Shown one piece after another: positions 1 through 14,283 of a stretch of 64,000 nt of DNA (position 1 is the stretch's first letter; each line of letters opens with the position of its first letter). The notes under the pieces were generated by a model. The model was not told where the DNA came from, searched no databases, and saw nothing but the letters and a program-made list of their open reading frames with translations. The stretch is taken from NCBI GenBank assembly GCA_010093815.1, contig ML996573.1, one strand, 5' to 3'. The position numbers were made by a program, and so were the translations under genes. This DNA is from Pseudovirgaria hyperparasitica. Lineage: Eukaryota.

Positions 1-613
1 TATATCGAGCCATGCTAACGGTGAGTAGTGACTAACTGGAACTTATACAGCTCTCTATAACATCCTATGTCAGTAACAGTAGATTTACTTGCAAGTTTCT
101 ACACTAGTTCCAGAGTACAACGTTTGCCACGATCAGCTCACGAGGCAAAAATCTTTCACATCGCTGCGGTGAGATATGTTTGGTTGCAGAGGACAGTGCA
201 CGGGCAGTGTACTGATATGACTCTGACTGACACTGTATTGATTATGGGTTGAGCATTAGATCGTTCTTTGGTTGGGTGTGTTGGGCCAGTGGAAGCATCT
301 GCGTTTGCGTGGGAATGCTATAGTGAGAGGCTTAGAATATCATTATATGAGGTATTCGGTCAGGAGATACGGAACAGAAAATAATGGAATTGAAAGGAAC
401 CGTAACGCAAGGATATCAGTGAAGAGACTCCTACAGGCAGGTGCTGGATTGTGTAGAGGGATGTTCATCGTTGTTTGTAGAAACAATGGAGTCGACAGCG
501 CAATTGAAATACTCAGGTCGAACGCACCTTCACATCAGTGTTATGTATTCTACATACGAGCATCAATGACTTTGCTTTTGATATCTATGAATTCCGTATT
601 CATGTTCCCGGGT

Positions 614-1627
614 TCAATACCAGCTCTCTGAGCCCTTGCTTCGTTTAGGATATGTCAAAGCTCCTGGAGTCTTCGCACAGTTGGTAACATACGATGCAGA
701 TGCATTGACAGGCTCGTAGTCATGGGCTTGAGGTTGGCCATACACGTGAGAGTAATACCATGCCTCCGAGATGACTGTGAAACCACGATCGGTTGTATTT
801 CTGCCCGCCACTGTCTCGTTGAACCGTGGTCCAGAGCATCCGATGAAAGGCAAAGCGCCGTAGGCCTTGTACAGTACATCCTGGAACTGAGTCAAAGAAT
901 ACTTTGTTTTGTTCGATGGCTTGATATCCGCATCAGCCAGCCAGTCATATGTTGGCAGGTCCTGGTAATACTTGATCGCTGTTTCGTAGTACTGTACGAG
1001 CTCCTCATGTTGAACATATTGAGGACCGTAGCATTCCACATCGAAAGTCGAAAAACAGGTAGCATGCTTCGAGAATTCATGGGCCCAAAGCTCGTGATTG
1101 GGCTGATTCTGGGCAATCCAGTACTTATTCATGTATTCGAGCAGATCGTATCGGTCGAACTTCTCGAGGAATGTGTCGACAGTAGGGCCATTGTACGGTG
1201 GGACTATAGTACCATTTGGCAAACCATTCGTTGTATTTGGCGATGGATGCGGATCATATTGACGTTTGAGATCGCAGCTTGAGAAATCAACACAGCTGAT
1301 AATAATCTACATGTCAGATGCTTACTATTGCGTATAACTTCCGTCGCAAAAATCAGGCCAGAGTCCGTGAATACCCCAGCTTTCTGCCGGTAGTTTTTGC
1401 CCCTTATCTTCACCTCCGGTATATGTTGACCAGAACTGTGTTGCAAGAACCAATCCTCCGAATGTCTCCACGCAACATGAGTCAACTTTTGCAGGATCCG
1501 CCTCAGTAGAGCACGAAAGAAATGGCTCTTGTAACACACAAGTGTGGTTTGCGGTGCTGCTGGTTCTCACTCCCGCCTCAGCAGCACTCACAAAAGCGAG
1601 GGCAGTAGCAACGGTCGTAGATCGCAT
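614..1627 (-). CDS. Secreted ribonuclease T2 family protein (2 exons; intron 1278-1325)
   Basis: Signal peptide MRSTTVATALAFVSAAEA. Catalytic motifs WGIHGLWPD and ELWAHEFSKHATC. A GTAAGC...AAG intron restores YTQY-CDLKRQYD. Confidence 0.93.
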
Positions 1628-2536
1628 TTCAGTAAGGCAATTGGCTGATCGGAGCACCGTCGCGTGTAGTCGAAAAGAAATGTAGAGTTTTATCAAGAAG
1701 AAACCACAGACGGTTTAAACACAAGGAGGAGCGCAACAGTCATTTAAACGAACAGGTGGATCAGTGGCGAGCTCCGTCAGCCACGAAATCAAGCATTGGG
1801 TGCGCTGTTTATGAATGCTGCTCACACGTGCGGAAGGGTGGCAGATTTTGAGGTTGTTCAAGCATGACAGTCTAAGTCCGAAAAGGAAGGTGAAGGCGTT
1901 GAGATTTCACGGTCCACAGGTGTATTCTGGTGCCTGGGATATATATCGGGGTAGAACCGAGTCATGATCTGGGATCTAGACGACAGACCGTGTAGATATT
2001 AACATCAATAATAAAACTTGAGATTTTGAAGGGATAAAAGCATAAGCAGAATGAGAGAATGAGAGGCCTTGAAGCTTGCTTGTATTAGGAGATCTAGTAT
2101 GATCTCTGCTGTGGTGTGCTCATAGATGCCGTGTTGGAATGTTCCGAGTCGCGTCCCCCGTGGCAACGAACCGAAATCCTGGAAGCCGCAGGACATGGGA
2201 TCCAAGTTCTCGTCATCGTCACTGCGTGGCATCGCGTATTGCACGTAATCAGCTTCGTCGACTTCTCACTTCTCCCGTCGGTCATTATAACATTTCGTCG
2301 CTCTTGCCTCTGTATCTTACTTCGTTTTCCTTTGTTACTAGGTCATTACTGCTTTATTCATGTGCTGTTCTGAGTTTCCCTCCCTCCAGCCTCGGTGATA
2401 TTTCAAACAGCATGTCTAAGGTATGCTTGCTTTCGTACTTTGCAGGCGCCTAAGCGACTAACACTTGCATAGAGCAGAGAAGAAGCCTGATCGTACTACT
2501 ATCCTAATACTCTCATACTGTTTCGCTACATAGATA

Positions 2537-3625
2537 ATGGCGGAGGAGCCAATCAGTCTCGAAGACCACTCGCCGATAACTCCAGCAATAGATACCGACT
2601 CAGAGGAGAAGTCAAGCCCGACAGAGAACATAGACATCTTGTATGAGAATCAGCGCGGGGCCTTCTGTTGTGGAATTCCTTTGTTCTCCGCAAATTCACT
2701 ACTTAATTTCGATCCTAAGCCCTGGGTAACCTCTACCTATAAACCGTCACCTGTTAATATCACAAATGCACAACTGCCAGACCCGAGCTGGGAATGGACT
2801 TGGAAGTCATGGTATGTGGACATGTCCCACGACGTGGATGAGGAGGGCTGGGAGTACTCGTACTGGTTCAGAGGCTTCTCATGGCACGGAAGCCACCCAT
2901 GGTTCCACTCGTTCGTCCGTAGGAGACGCTGGCTGCGCAAGAGGAATAAGAAAAAGCAGCGTACTAGGAAGGATCTAGAAGATGCACAGCCTCTGCGCAA
3001 AGACGCAGCAAGTATAGGTACTACGCTGGTACCTTCAAATTTTGTCATGAATACGAGACAACCATCGGTGGACGAGGGGCAAAGGGAGGAGATCACGAAC
3101 GTTCTCGCGTTAATGGCTGCTCTAAAAAAGTCTCCAATCGACAGAGAAAAGATTGTAGTTGTGAAGCAATTCTTGTCGCAAGGCGGCGAAGAGCTTCACT
3201 ATCTCGCTGAGAATGTAAGTCTACAGATCTCGGTGAGCCTTGAGAGATGATTCTCGCTGACAAATATATAGATACCAGCTATCATGGCTCAACTTGTTTT
3301 CCAAGATTCACGTCGCCAGCTACTTGCCACATTGACAGCTGAGCTCGATGCGGCGGGCGAACACCGTGAGGAACATAAGAACCGTAAACAACCCGAGGAT
3401 GAGATCGAAAGCCGCAGAATCGACAATCTTCTCAAAGCTGCCAATACAGCGGACGAGCAATGTCGGAAGCTGGAGTACTGGAGCGACATTCGAGGGATGG
3501 TGCGTGAGGGTGAAGCGAAGGGTGCGACAGATGCTGCTCATGGATGGGATGGCCATGGCTGGCAAGGAGTTGACTCGAGCGGACCGCCTCCAGGACGTGA
3601 TGAGCAATTGAGGGAGAAGGACTGA
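2537..3625 (+). CDS. Dysferlin-domain protein, Mug65/Spo73-like (intron 3215-3271)
   Basis: ILYENQRG, PDPSWEWTW, DEEGWEYS and VRRRRWLR are DysF-type motifs. GTAAGT...GCTGAC...TAG intron joins the ORFs at 2537 and 3284. The true 5' end is uncertain. Confidence 0.75.
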
Positions 3626-4531
3626 AGAAGAAGTCGTCTTCCAGTGACGAGCGCAAGAATCATTACGACGTTTGCATTGTTCCATACCCAGCATGATGGC
3701 GTTGGTAGTTCTGAAGGTTGTTGTTTATAACACAGGTGTACATACAAAGTTTACTTCACAAACCTAAGTGCAGTGCGATTTAGCGTCAGTATAGCCAAGG
3801 ATGATTATTCTACAGACATGAGTAGGATACGTATCTACGTCTGGAGATGACACTGGTCGTCTGCCATCGCCTGAGAGATACCGAGTCAATCACCAAGAGA
3901 TAAGGGAGGAGATACACCGAGTCAAGCCATGATGCTTCACGAGGAGCAGGACTCCATAGCTTCTGATTGGTCACATCATAACGCAGAAGGGAAATCTACG
4001 ATTCTGTCGAAAGTCGTCCTGCAAACATGCTGCAGGACATCGCATTAGCACCGGATTCCGATGCTGATTCGGGTATAGAAAAGATGGTCACAGGCGCCTG
4101 TTCACAACTAATTTAGTGGGCGGCTGGCAGGCGCACCGTAAGACTTTTACAGTTGCCGGATGGGCAAGTGACACAAGTGTTAAAGCGACCTGCAAGTCCT
4201 TATCTTTGGGATATTCCCGCGCATGTGTAGTATCCTAAAGTCCAAAGAAAAATTGCAAAATACCGTGACCTTGCAACTTGTCGCACAAGAAACGCGTCTG
4301 TTGCGTACTTGTGTTCGTCAATCCTGAACCCGCAGTGTGGAGACAGCCGCCGAATCCTTGTACCTAGACTTGGACCTCACAGACCGACCTCCTATCGCCT
4401 ACGGCGCGTTTCCATCTTCCCAGTTACAAATTCTTCTCATACCCTGTCCTACCGTGCTACAACACACACAAACACACGCAACGCCACTCGATAGGTCAGT
4501 ACGGCTGGAATTGGGTGGGACGTTGAGCGTC

Positions 4532-5281
4532 ATGACGAGACGAATTGTATATGGCGTGGGACTCTGGGTCGTGGTCGCCGGTATGATGAACTTGAGAAGC
4601 AGAGTCGGGAGACTTGATCCTAACAAGTGAACAGCGACTGCCCTGACACTGGCCTCAATCATCGAGCCTAGATGGTTAAGCTATAGACCCGTATGTCTCC
4701 TCCCCTCAAAGACCAGAAAGCACATTCTAGGGCTAGACATCGCGCATCTGCTAAGGCATGATACAGGAAGGCAACAGCATACGCTTCTCATACGGCCTGC
4801 ACCGTAAATGTTCCACCATAAAGGGTACATGCGAACCGTTCCCCGAGTTCGCCGACTGCCAGCTTGACCAGCGACAATTCTGTTCAATATGGCGCTCTGT
4901 GGGCTTTCTTATGAGCTTCTCCGTTATCATCGAGCTTGCAACCCTGGTCGCATACATCGTAGTCCTAGCAGGAGGAAAGCAAAAGCGAGATCAAGGTTGG
5001 AAGGTCACAGCATCTCTTCTGGGATTTTCGGCTCTGGTGCAGCTCATCGCTATGGCGCTTGTGGTGAGTTAAGATGGCAACTGGCATATGAGATGTACTG
5101 AGCAATTCGATAGGCTTACGTTTTCGACTCCGACGCACGCTTCTTTGATGGCTGGGAGCTTGACGCTTCTTGGATCCTATGTACTGTGTCTTGGGCTATC
5201 CTCGGCTTGTCTGGCGTCGGTCTCGTCGCCTCTGCCAAGTTCCTCAAGGAAGAAGGCGATTACGAGCTTATACCTAATTAA
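4532..5281 (+). CDS. Conserved fungal four-TM membrane protein (claudin/SUR7-like topology), several introns
   Basis: Spliced read MTRRIVYGVGLWVVVA-ATALTLASII...YGLHRKCS...FCSIWRSVGFLMSF...GWELDASWILCTVSW...GDYELIPN*. Hydrophobic helices and a GL-x-x-C extracellular motif. Confidence 0.7.
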
Positions 5282-6032
5282 ACATCTTACTCGATCAATT
5301 CAAGGACTTGAGTTATGACTGGACAGGCTCAGTCCGGTCTCCTATAGAGTGCTCGGATCTATAATCTCGGCGAACACGGCTCTCCTTGATCGACTCGATC
5401 AGACTATCGCGTAGGCCAGCAGGGACGCTTTGTACGACTTATGATACCCATGGTCATTTACAAGAAGGCTGCATAGTTTTATTGTGGTGGAATTGGATTG
5501 GTGCATTGCTATTAGCATTGTTTCGTTGATTTGTTATTTAGGCGCAAGGCATCTCACTCGACTCCTGCCTTTGAAGCAGCACTCTTCAAGGGCAACGAAG
5601 TATTAGTTACATAAGACTTATATATGGCGGATATCTCTAATATTATGCTTATTTGATTGCAAAACTAATAACGATAATATAAATTAACATTCCATGAAGT
5701 GAACAAAAACTCCTTCAAGTTCGGACCTGCAAGCTCAGGCTCAGGCTCCTCACCTCTCGACGGCCGCCGCGGCCAAACCTCTCGCACAGACGCCCGGCCC
5801 TTTTACGATCCACGGCCACTGGATTCAGCCCGTGCTCACAGACGTCATCGCAAGCTCACCCGGCACACTAGGTAGTAGGTACCTACCTACCTACCCAGCT
5901 CCAACCCTCTCCCCAATCCCAGCCGCCCAACTCATATAGCTCTCTCATTCCTCGCGTGTAACAATCAGGCATCCTCATCCCATCCATCTCTTCCAATCTC
6001 TCCCAACAATCAAAAGCCCATCACAGCCCACC

Positions 6033-6605
6033 ATGTCCGGACGCATCGTCAAAGTCCTCGGTGTCGGCGCCGCCGCCGGTGCCGGTTACTACCTGTACTC
6101 CGCCGGCGGCGACCCAAAGGTCGCCGAGAAGAAGCTCGAGCGTGCGTTCCTTCAGCTGGATTGTGTCTCACTGTGTAAACTGACCGTTCCTTAGACGACG
6201 CCGCGCGGCTCTCGTCGAAAGTCAAGAGCGAGCTGCCTGGGATCGAGAAGGAGGCTAAGACGCAGGGCAAGGTCTGGGGCGAGCAGGCCGGGCAGAAGGT
6301 TGACAGCGCGGTATGTGACCTATCTCGTCCACAAGTCGTGAAGCATACACACACGCGCATATCCTTTCTATCGCCGAACTGTCGATCAACATTTACAATG
6401 GCGTATTCTTGATGGTCATGCTAATCTAGACGCACAGGTCAACCAAGCCAAAGCATACGGTAAAGACGCCGAGAAGAGGGCCGAGGAGCTGAAGCGCGAG
6501 ACGGGAGCAGGTCTGAGCAAGGCCGTAGATTCCTTCGATAAGAATGTGGAGAAGGGTGCTGCGAAGACGCAAAGCTGGATTGGAAGCTGGTTTGGTGGGA
6601 AATAA
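6033..6605 (+). CDS. Small conserved fungal protein with N-terminal hydrophobic anchor and LEA-like Lys/Ala/Glu-rich body (2 introns); missed by the ORF track
   Basis: MSGRIVKVLGVGAAAGAGYYLYSAGGDPKVAEKKLE / DAARLSSKVKSELPG...KVDSA / ...WIGSWFGGK*. GTGCGT and GTATGT donors with CTGAC/CTAAT branch sites. High GC3. Confidence 0.75.
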
Positions 6606-7100
6606 ATGATAATGATTGTGATGACGGTGAATGGATGGAAAGCACAGGGCCTCGAGAGTTGATTCCCCCATGAAGCGACGGAGCGATGCAGCAATGTGAT
6701 AATAGTTCTCTCACGGTGTCAATATATGAGTCGTTTCTAGTGATGATGTGCCGAGTGAATAGTTGACTTTAATGCATGATGGTTACTGACCGAAAGCATA
6801 CATGTTTGACAAAATGTCGCGGTCTTCGATGATGCACCTGAGTTGGAGTTTCTATGGCGATTTTATCGCGCAGGTATATTTCTGATGATGCGTACGATTC
6901 ATCTCCTCCTGCACCATAATACTTTCGTCCATACGACCGTATTCTTCACATGTAGTGACAGATGAACACATCGTTCTCATGCCAACGACTGACTCCATAA
7001 CCAAAACACAAACGTCCTTTTGACACACGCCGAACACCAGCGAACAACAATTGGAAACCATCCCGTACACTCTGCTGATGCCTCACAGTCACCTCACCAT

Positions 7101-10100
7101 CTAATCCCAGCCCGCTTTCCCACCAAGAACACCACCCAATCCACCTCTTCCCCCGTACTCCCTGGCCTTCCTCCTCAACTCGCCTCTCCTCCTCTCTTCC
7201 GCTTTATCCAACACCTTCTTCCTCTCCGCCTCCCTGGCCTGAAAGTGAATATTACTCTTCTTACTCCCGCCCATCCTGACTGTTGGCGCCTCCACAGGCG
7301 TCGACGCGCCCGACGATGACACCGAATTCGACCTCGAGTTCGACGTGGACATGTTCGAGAAATTCGACGTTGCCCGACGAACGAGACTGGGCACTTTGAA
7401 GCCTGACCCGGTTATGCTGCCGGGTTTGGCGGGGGCGTGGAATGCGAAATGTGTGTCGCTGTTTCCTGCCACGTCTGTGACTGCACGGGAGAGACTGAGG
7501 CGGTCGACGATGCTTGCATTGCTGGATTGACGTGAGAGAGAAGCTGGGCCGCGAGGTTCCGAGTCAGATTCTGCGTCGCTGTCGGAGTGGCCGTCGAGCT
7601 GTGAGTCGGGAATGCGGTCGAGGGTATCTGGGTCGTCGAGGATAGATGATAAAGATGCCCGGATGTCTGTTTGGGCTAGGAAAGGCGCGGGACGGGGTGC
7701 GTTCGTGCGGCGGAGAGCTGGTGGAGGACGGATCGCGTGAATAGGCTCGGATGGGCGTTTAAGGGGGTTGAGAGGATTGCGATTTTCCTTATCCTCGGAC
7801 GGCGATGCGGAAACTTCCTTTGTCGCGAGACCTACTGGCGCTGCATCCTGCTCCATGGGTTCTTGCGAATCTGGCACCTCGTCCTCCGCTGGATGCGAGA
7901 TGTAAAAGTCGTAGTCCGGGTCATCGTCCATGTCCTGCACCGCACGCAGGAAAGCCTGTGTCTTGTCACCAGACAGCTTCTGCAGCTTCTCGTTCTTCAT
8001 GAGCGCGTTGTAAGATCTGCGGAAATCGGCCTGCTTCTTGCGGCGCATCTCATCGAGAGCATCAAAGTCATCATCAGCGGCTCCAAGAAGATCATCATTT
8101 GCAGCACGCTTGCGTCGGAGGCCGCCGTTTATAATATCCTTGTGGAGCTTTTGAACATTTTTCTCGTCTTCGTCACGTTCCCGCTCACTGGTGTGTTGTT
8201 AGTATGTAAATTTTAGACAGAAAAGGAGCGAACGTACGCATGAAGCGCTGCAATCTCGCGCTCTCTCTCATCGACTTTGCCGTGGTCAATCATCTTGGCT
8301 GTCTCCTCATCCATTTCTTCACCGCTATCGTCGTCACTGGCGCCACCAAGACCAGCGTATTCGTCCTCCGACTCGTCGGCTTGCTCCTCAAACATAGTCT
8401 TGGCTTCGCTCTTCTTCTTGTTAAAGGCATCCTTGGCTGCTTTCTTCTTTGATGCATTCTTCATGACTTTGAATACATCAGCATTGAGTTCAAAATCGTC
8501 TTCAGTGTCAGATCCAACATCGGGAACCACTTCGTCCTCATCAATGTCGGACAGATCAGGTAGGGCCTCCGACCTTTTCTGCAGACGCTTTCGCTGCTTC
8601 GGAACAGGCGTTTCTTGGGTAGGGAGTAAGACGGTCTCTGTGGTTGAACTTGGCATGTCGCGCATTCCTGCTGGTGTACGCACTTGAAATCCTGCGTCCT
8701 GTGTCGGGTCTGGGAGATCAGAAAACTGAGACTGGGTTTCTTCAGTCACATCTGGGAATTGAGATATACCAAGGCCGTTGCCTCCCGGTGTGGTAAACTC
8801 GTGTGGGACCTGCGATACCTCTTGCTGAGAAACTCCAATCTGGCTATTGGGAACTACGAGATTCTGTGAGTCATCCGCCATTGCCGTATCGAAGTCAGGT
8901 GCGCTGGACATGCCGAGACCACGAAGAAAGTCAAGAGACGGAATAGGGGCAGTATCACCGGGCTGGTCGCCATTTTCAGGCTGAGACGGCTCTGCCATGG
9001 TTCCGGCAAACATCTGCGTTAGTCCAAGTGCTGGCGAGCTTGCTATCTTGTCGAATCCAAATGCTGCGACTATGTCCTTCTTTGGGGTGGATTGTGTTTG
9101 GTCTGGAGGAGCTCGGGATGCTACGATGGGTAGATCGTCACTATCATCATCCTCGTCGTCCTCGATAATGTGTCGCTTGCGAGATGTAGTATGTGCACGT
9201 CCTGGAGCAGGCATGTCATCGTCAGACGCGGGTTCAGGCAAGCCTTTTCCATTGGTGACACTTTCATCATCTGTAGCATTCTCTCCAGTTTCTTCATCAA
9301 ATATGGCATGACGTTCTGTTTCTTGATCCTCGTCGGACACTTCGTCTTCCGATCCAGAAAGCTCTATCTCTTCCTCATCATCTCCATCGTCCCCAGCATC
9401 CTCGTCACTGTCCCTAAAGTCTGCATCGTCCTCGTCATCGCTAGGTAGCATCTGACTCTCATCAACCTCTCCATTCTTTTTAGCATCTGCTCTCTCCTTC
9501 TTGCCAAGCGCTTCTACATCCTGTCGGAGCTTATCCAATTCGTTTGCACGCTCCTCTTGCGCCTTCTTAAGCTCTTCAGGATCAACGTAGGTTCCATTGG
9601 CTTTAGCCTCTTCGATCTTCTCCATCAAGGCTGCGCGGGCTTGTTGTCGACCACGTCGAATGAGATTGCTCTGCATTTCTGTCACATTTACCGACGGTCG
9701 AGCATTCCTTCCTCGTGTCCTTCCTGGCGACGTCAAGTGGGCGAGGGCTCGAAGGGTAAGCATGGATCTAGACTCCTTCTTTTGTTTGGCGGGTAGATTG
9801 TCAAATACTGGGAAGCGACTGGCTTTTGCGGGTAATATCTCAAGGTCATCATCTGATTCATGGGTGGCAGATGGTCGGATACCAGCTCTGTGGACTTGAA
9901 CGGTACGAGATAATTCTGGAAGACCAGGCGTAATAGCTCTGGCTTTGCCTTTGTCTACAGTCTCCGCTTTCGTGAGTAGCTCATTGAGATCAGGTAGGTT
10001 TCCACCATCGGAATCGTCTAAATTACTTGGGACAGACATGATGTCTGTGTGATGCGTTACACCGAGGGCACCGCTCATTACATAGTCCTTCTGCGCCTTA

Positions 10101-11065
10101 TTATCCTCCTGGGTGTTATTAAGGGTTGCCGGGCTGGTTGGCGGCGTATCACTGGCATTGGCCATTTCCGCGTCAGATGAAACAGGCCCTATTATTTCAT
10201 CGCTAGATGCTTTCACCGGTAACTGTGCAGGAGCCTTCGTTTGCCTAAAGTTGAAAGTCTTGAACAAGTCATCCTTTGTGATCTTTTTCTTGGTCTTTGC
10301 CTGGTGAGTCAGTTGCAAGCTGCGATTGAAGCGTTGATTTTCTCGAATTTCTCGACTCATTTCTTCCAATGCTTTCCTACCGGCCTTTCGTGCATTGGGG
10401 CGTGTAGTCTCTTGTGTCAGCCGGGAGTCAGCTGCTTGTTCCGCTTCGTCTGGACTGCTGTCGGTATCATCTTCTTCGACGCGCTGTTTGCGCGCTTTCG
10501 ATGATAGTGCGTTGAGCTTCCTCCGCCTTTGTTCTTTCTGGTTGCGAGCACTTTCTTCTCTTGATAATCGTTCGGCGCGTTTTTCTGCCACCTTCCGTTG
10601 AAATTCCTCATCTGTGGCAAGCTTCCCGGTAGGTAGATCTGAATCTGAGTCGACGGGTGACACGCGAGCCGAAGGAGCACGCACGCGTGAAGTCTCACGC
10701 GAAGAAACAAAGAGTCCTGGGGAGGGCTCTCGAGTAGGTGACGTTTGAACGTCTGGACTTTTCGAAACAATTGGCGACTGTCGTAATGGAGATGTGGGTG
10801 AACCGTCTCGTGAAGCACTCGGGGGGCTTCTCTGTTTTGGTGGGCTTGATTCAGTGCTGGCTGATTTTCTGGACGCTACCGATTCGTTGTCGCTATTGTC
10901 CCCCATGTTCATCTTCTTCATATACGCTTCGTATGCTGCATCGGCTGCCGGATCTCTTGAAGCAGCTGATCTCGACCGTGAGGTATCACGGCTTTCTGAT
11001 TGCATTCTGGTGGCTGTACGGCCCCGAGGTCGAATTGGGCCACTGTCTGAGTCTGAAGCTGACAT
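7101..11065 (-). CDS. MRC1: Mediator of replication checkpoint Mrc1/claspin-like protein (intron 8188-8237)
   Basis: Large acidic/Ser-rich protein with LTQMFAGTM, many SQ/TQ sites and the MRC1-like segment FEEQADESEDEYAGLGGASDD. A 50-nt GTACGT...ACTAAC...CAG intron links the ORFs. MCB boxes upstream. Confidence 0.85.
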
Positions 11066-11151
11066 TTTGTAGCAATATGGAGTGGGAATGTTGGATAGAA
11101 ATGTTGTGACGGGAGCAAGACCAGTTGATGATGCTTGATTGAAAGTGGCAG

Positions 11152-11259
11152 ACGCGTTTTTAGTCGCGTCGCGCGTTGTCCAATCAGTATCGCTAGGCTA
11201 CCCAAAAGCCCCACAATTACGGCTGTATCCGAATGGGGAGGCTGGACATTCCGACGCGT
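11152..11259. promoter_or_regulatory. MluI cell-cycle boxes (ACGCGT at 11152 and 11254, plus ACGCGA/CGCG variants at 11164-11176) upstream of MRC1
   Basis: Exact ACGCGT motifs about 90-190 bp upstream of the start codon of a G1/S gene. Confidence 0.6.
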
Positions 11260-12732
11260 CCCATCATGCCTTCATTTGCACATCCTCCACCGTTCATAAT
11301 TATTGTGAGCAGAAACAGAAACGTCAAGATGCTCCCATCACTCTGCGATCATATGCCATCAACCTCCACCGCCTTTCTTGCTGAACGCAACCAGCAACTC
11401 CAGTTCAGCAATACCGTGAACTTGCAAGGCTGTCTATGAAGAAACAGAGACATCGATCGTGTTAATTAGCATCAGCTTTTAGTCTGCCTGACTAGTCCCC
11501 TTGTAGTTCGAAACATTTAAGCACAGTATTAATTAGGTGTCTGACTTTGTGAGGCACATTTAGCCTTGATCTCTTCCTGGCTCAGGAACTTGGAGATAAA
11601 GCACGAGCTCTGACATTTCTGCCCGGAAAGAAAGTGCTACAGGAGTGTTGACTTGGGAGACACCTTGTCTTTTCAAGAGTCGCGACAGGAATGCTACCGC
11701 GATGAATAAAACAGAGATGGGCCGTACTGTCAATCACTTTGACAAAAACAACATTCGGCTCACCCAGGTGATCAACTTTAGTCAATTGTGTAATGTAAGG
11801 GAGCTTAGAACCAATTATAACCTGCTTAGAGCCGAATTGTCTTGCACACAGTTTTTCCCGAACCTCGAACCTACGGCTCAAGTCCGAGTTAGAGGCTAAA
11901 GTCCCTGATGTTTCATTGTCACTGAACGTTTGGTGGATTCTCTGGCTATATTGGTGACCTCATATGTTTCCAATAATGACTTGGGCTGCATGAACAGTGG
12001 ACTAAACAAGACTTGAAACAGGGAGAATATCGAAAATGATCACGCAACTACAAATACTCGATCATGACAACTATTCCAAGCTTCAGTTCAGTCTGTAAAT
12101 TAGCCATCTTGCTCATGGAGATTGTCGTATTATCTTCATGACAAGTACTACATGTATGCAGTAATGAACAATGAGACTTGGCAGAACAGCGACGATCCGT
12201 GAGAATGGCTTACGGAGTTGATATTCATTGTAACAGGCTTGGGTTTATATGCTCTAGCTTACCAGCTAAGGGATGTTATGGGGGGAACCTTGTTCGCCCG
12301 ATACTAACAGTTCCAGCACTCTCACCAAGTACGCTGATCTCTTGGACCGGCATTGTATTCACAATGATCATGATGGTATGCGGTACATGCCTCATATATG
12401 TAACGGCGTCACCCATCAGGAAGAATGATTGGCAATGCGTAGCCATCATGCTTGAATTCTCTGCTTCTTCAGAAGATCAATCGAGTTCCTAAGTTCGTGA
12501 TGTCCAGTCACGCACAAGCATACTAGATTCGATGAGGTGCTTCTGCTACCGAGGGTTCAGAGATGAGTATGTGTAATAGAGCCTTTTGATATTCGCCCTA
12601 ATGTAAAATTACCTTTCCCGTCTATTGATAGTCTGAGTGAGCCTAAAATGACACATCCAACTCATGCACCTTGATTAACAGTTGCGGCGTTACTGCCTAA
12701 TGGTATCTTCAACACATGAGAGTACAGATCAT

Positions 12733-14283
12733 TTAGATGGTCACTGATTTATCCTCCTCTTCTTCCTCAACACTAGACCCATCTGTCGACAGAGTCTCGT
12801 CATCGTCAGTGACATCTGGGCCTGTCCACGCGACCTCAATGACTGAAAGAATCGACCCAGGGGTATGCGCTATTCTGGTGATCTCGAAGCGCGGATCAGC
12901 CATCGCTAGAAGTTTACCCCAATCCTCGACATCACGTTCTTTTGAGTTGAAACTGTGTTTCATTGCAAGATCATAACCACTGCTATTCGTCAACATCTGC
13001 TACGCAACAGTCGCATAGCTCAACATACAGTATGACTTGGATATGATATGGTTCCAGGTCGTCTGCTTGAGGTAAGCAGACTTCGTTAAAAATGATCCTA
13101 GCCCCGGGTTTCATTGCAGGGACCAGGTTTCGGATGATCTGAACTGCATACTTGTCCGACCAGTCGTGGAGGATAGACCGGAAGAAGTATACATCAGCCC
13201 CTTTCACAGGCTGTGGCATGAAAAAATTGTACGGTTGGAACTCAATCCGGTCTGCCACGTCTTCTGGCACCCGTGCGGTTGTGACGACTTCAGGCATATC
13301 CTCGATGATACATCGCAGTCTTGGGAATCGTCGTAGAAGTTTGATCGCAACGGATCCATGGGACCCGCCAACGTCCACCAGTAGCTTTGGACAGGTCTCC
13401 TCTGTCCAGCCGAGATCTCTGAATAGATGCGAAATGTCGAATATGGGATGTGACTGAAGATACTGCATGCCATCTGCAAAGCGTTGTGCTCGAAGCTCGT
13501 TAGACCTCAGTGCGTCCCATAGCGATTGGCCGTGCGCCAACGCATACCCTGTTTCCGTGGGTTCCTAACAGTCGTGAATAAACTGACAAACTTGATAGTT
13601 TGAACAGGAATTACCTCTGATCCGGGCCATTTCTGCATGCTATCGACGGTTCGTGCCTACTACATATTACTATTACTGCCTCGAGTATATTGAAAAATAT
13701 TCTTACCCCAGCAGCCCACATCTCATCTACCAGGACACCTATCCACTGATGTAGTAAGGGGCTCTGAACGAGAAGCTTGGATGTCGCATTATGACGTATA
13801 TAGCCTTTACGTGGTTCTTCGAAGATGTAGAAGGCAACAGCCAGCCGTAACAGGCGTTTGAGATCACTCGGGTCTATCCGGCATCGAATGGCGAGCTCCG
13901 CATACGAGACCTCTTCGTCAAACGAGAGTGCAAGAGCAATGCGATATCGATATATGGCTTGAAGACTCATGAATACATTGTTCTATCGTCGCGTCAATAA
14001 GGAGCCCCAGTCTCAACAACTACGTTTCGGATCATACCGTCGGACTCGCAAGGCGTGTCAGATGAGTCAGTGGTCCATTTATGAGTACCTGTAATTCACT
14101 GCTCGCCTGTAACACCTCGCTCTGAGCTTTGAACAATTCCAACGGCAATGAGGCCTGCGGCGGGGCATCCACCGACAAGGACGGACTAGGGAGACCCTTC
14201 TCCCTCAGATAGCTATCGATCTTTCTGGTCCCATCGGCTATTATAGCGCTCAATTCCAGTAGTCTACTCTGGTCGGTCGCCAT
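12733..14283 (-). CDS. SAM-dependent O-methyltransferase, fungal secondary-metabolism type (about 5 exons)
   Basis: SAM motif LVDVGGSHG. GADVYFFRSILHDWSD carries the catalytic His-Asp. C-terminal NSKERDVEDW. Exons join through canonical introns. Confidence 0.9.

Noticed and set aside
5869..5895. Short inverted repeat TAGGTAGTAGGT/ACCTACCTACC
   Set aside because: Microsatellite-like promoter sequence, too short to support a MITE or structured RNA.
7100..7240. CT-rich low-complexity tract
   Set aside because: It is explained by the Arg/Glu/Gly-rich C-terminal codons of MRC1 on the minus strand.
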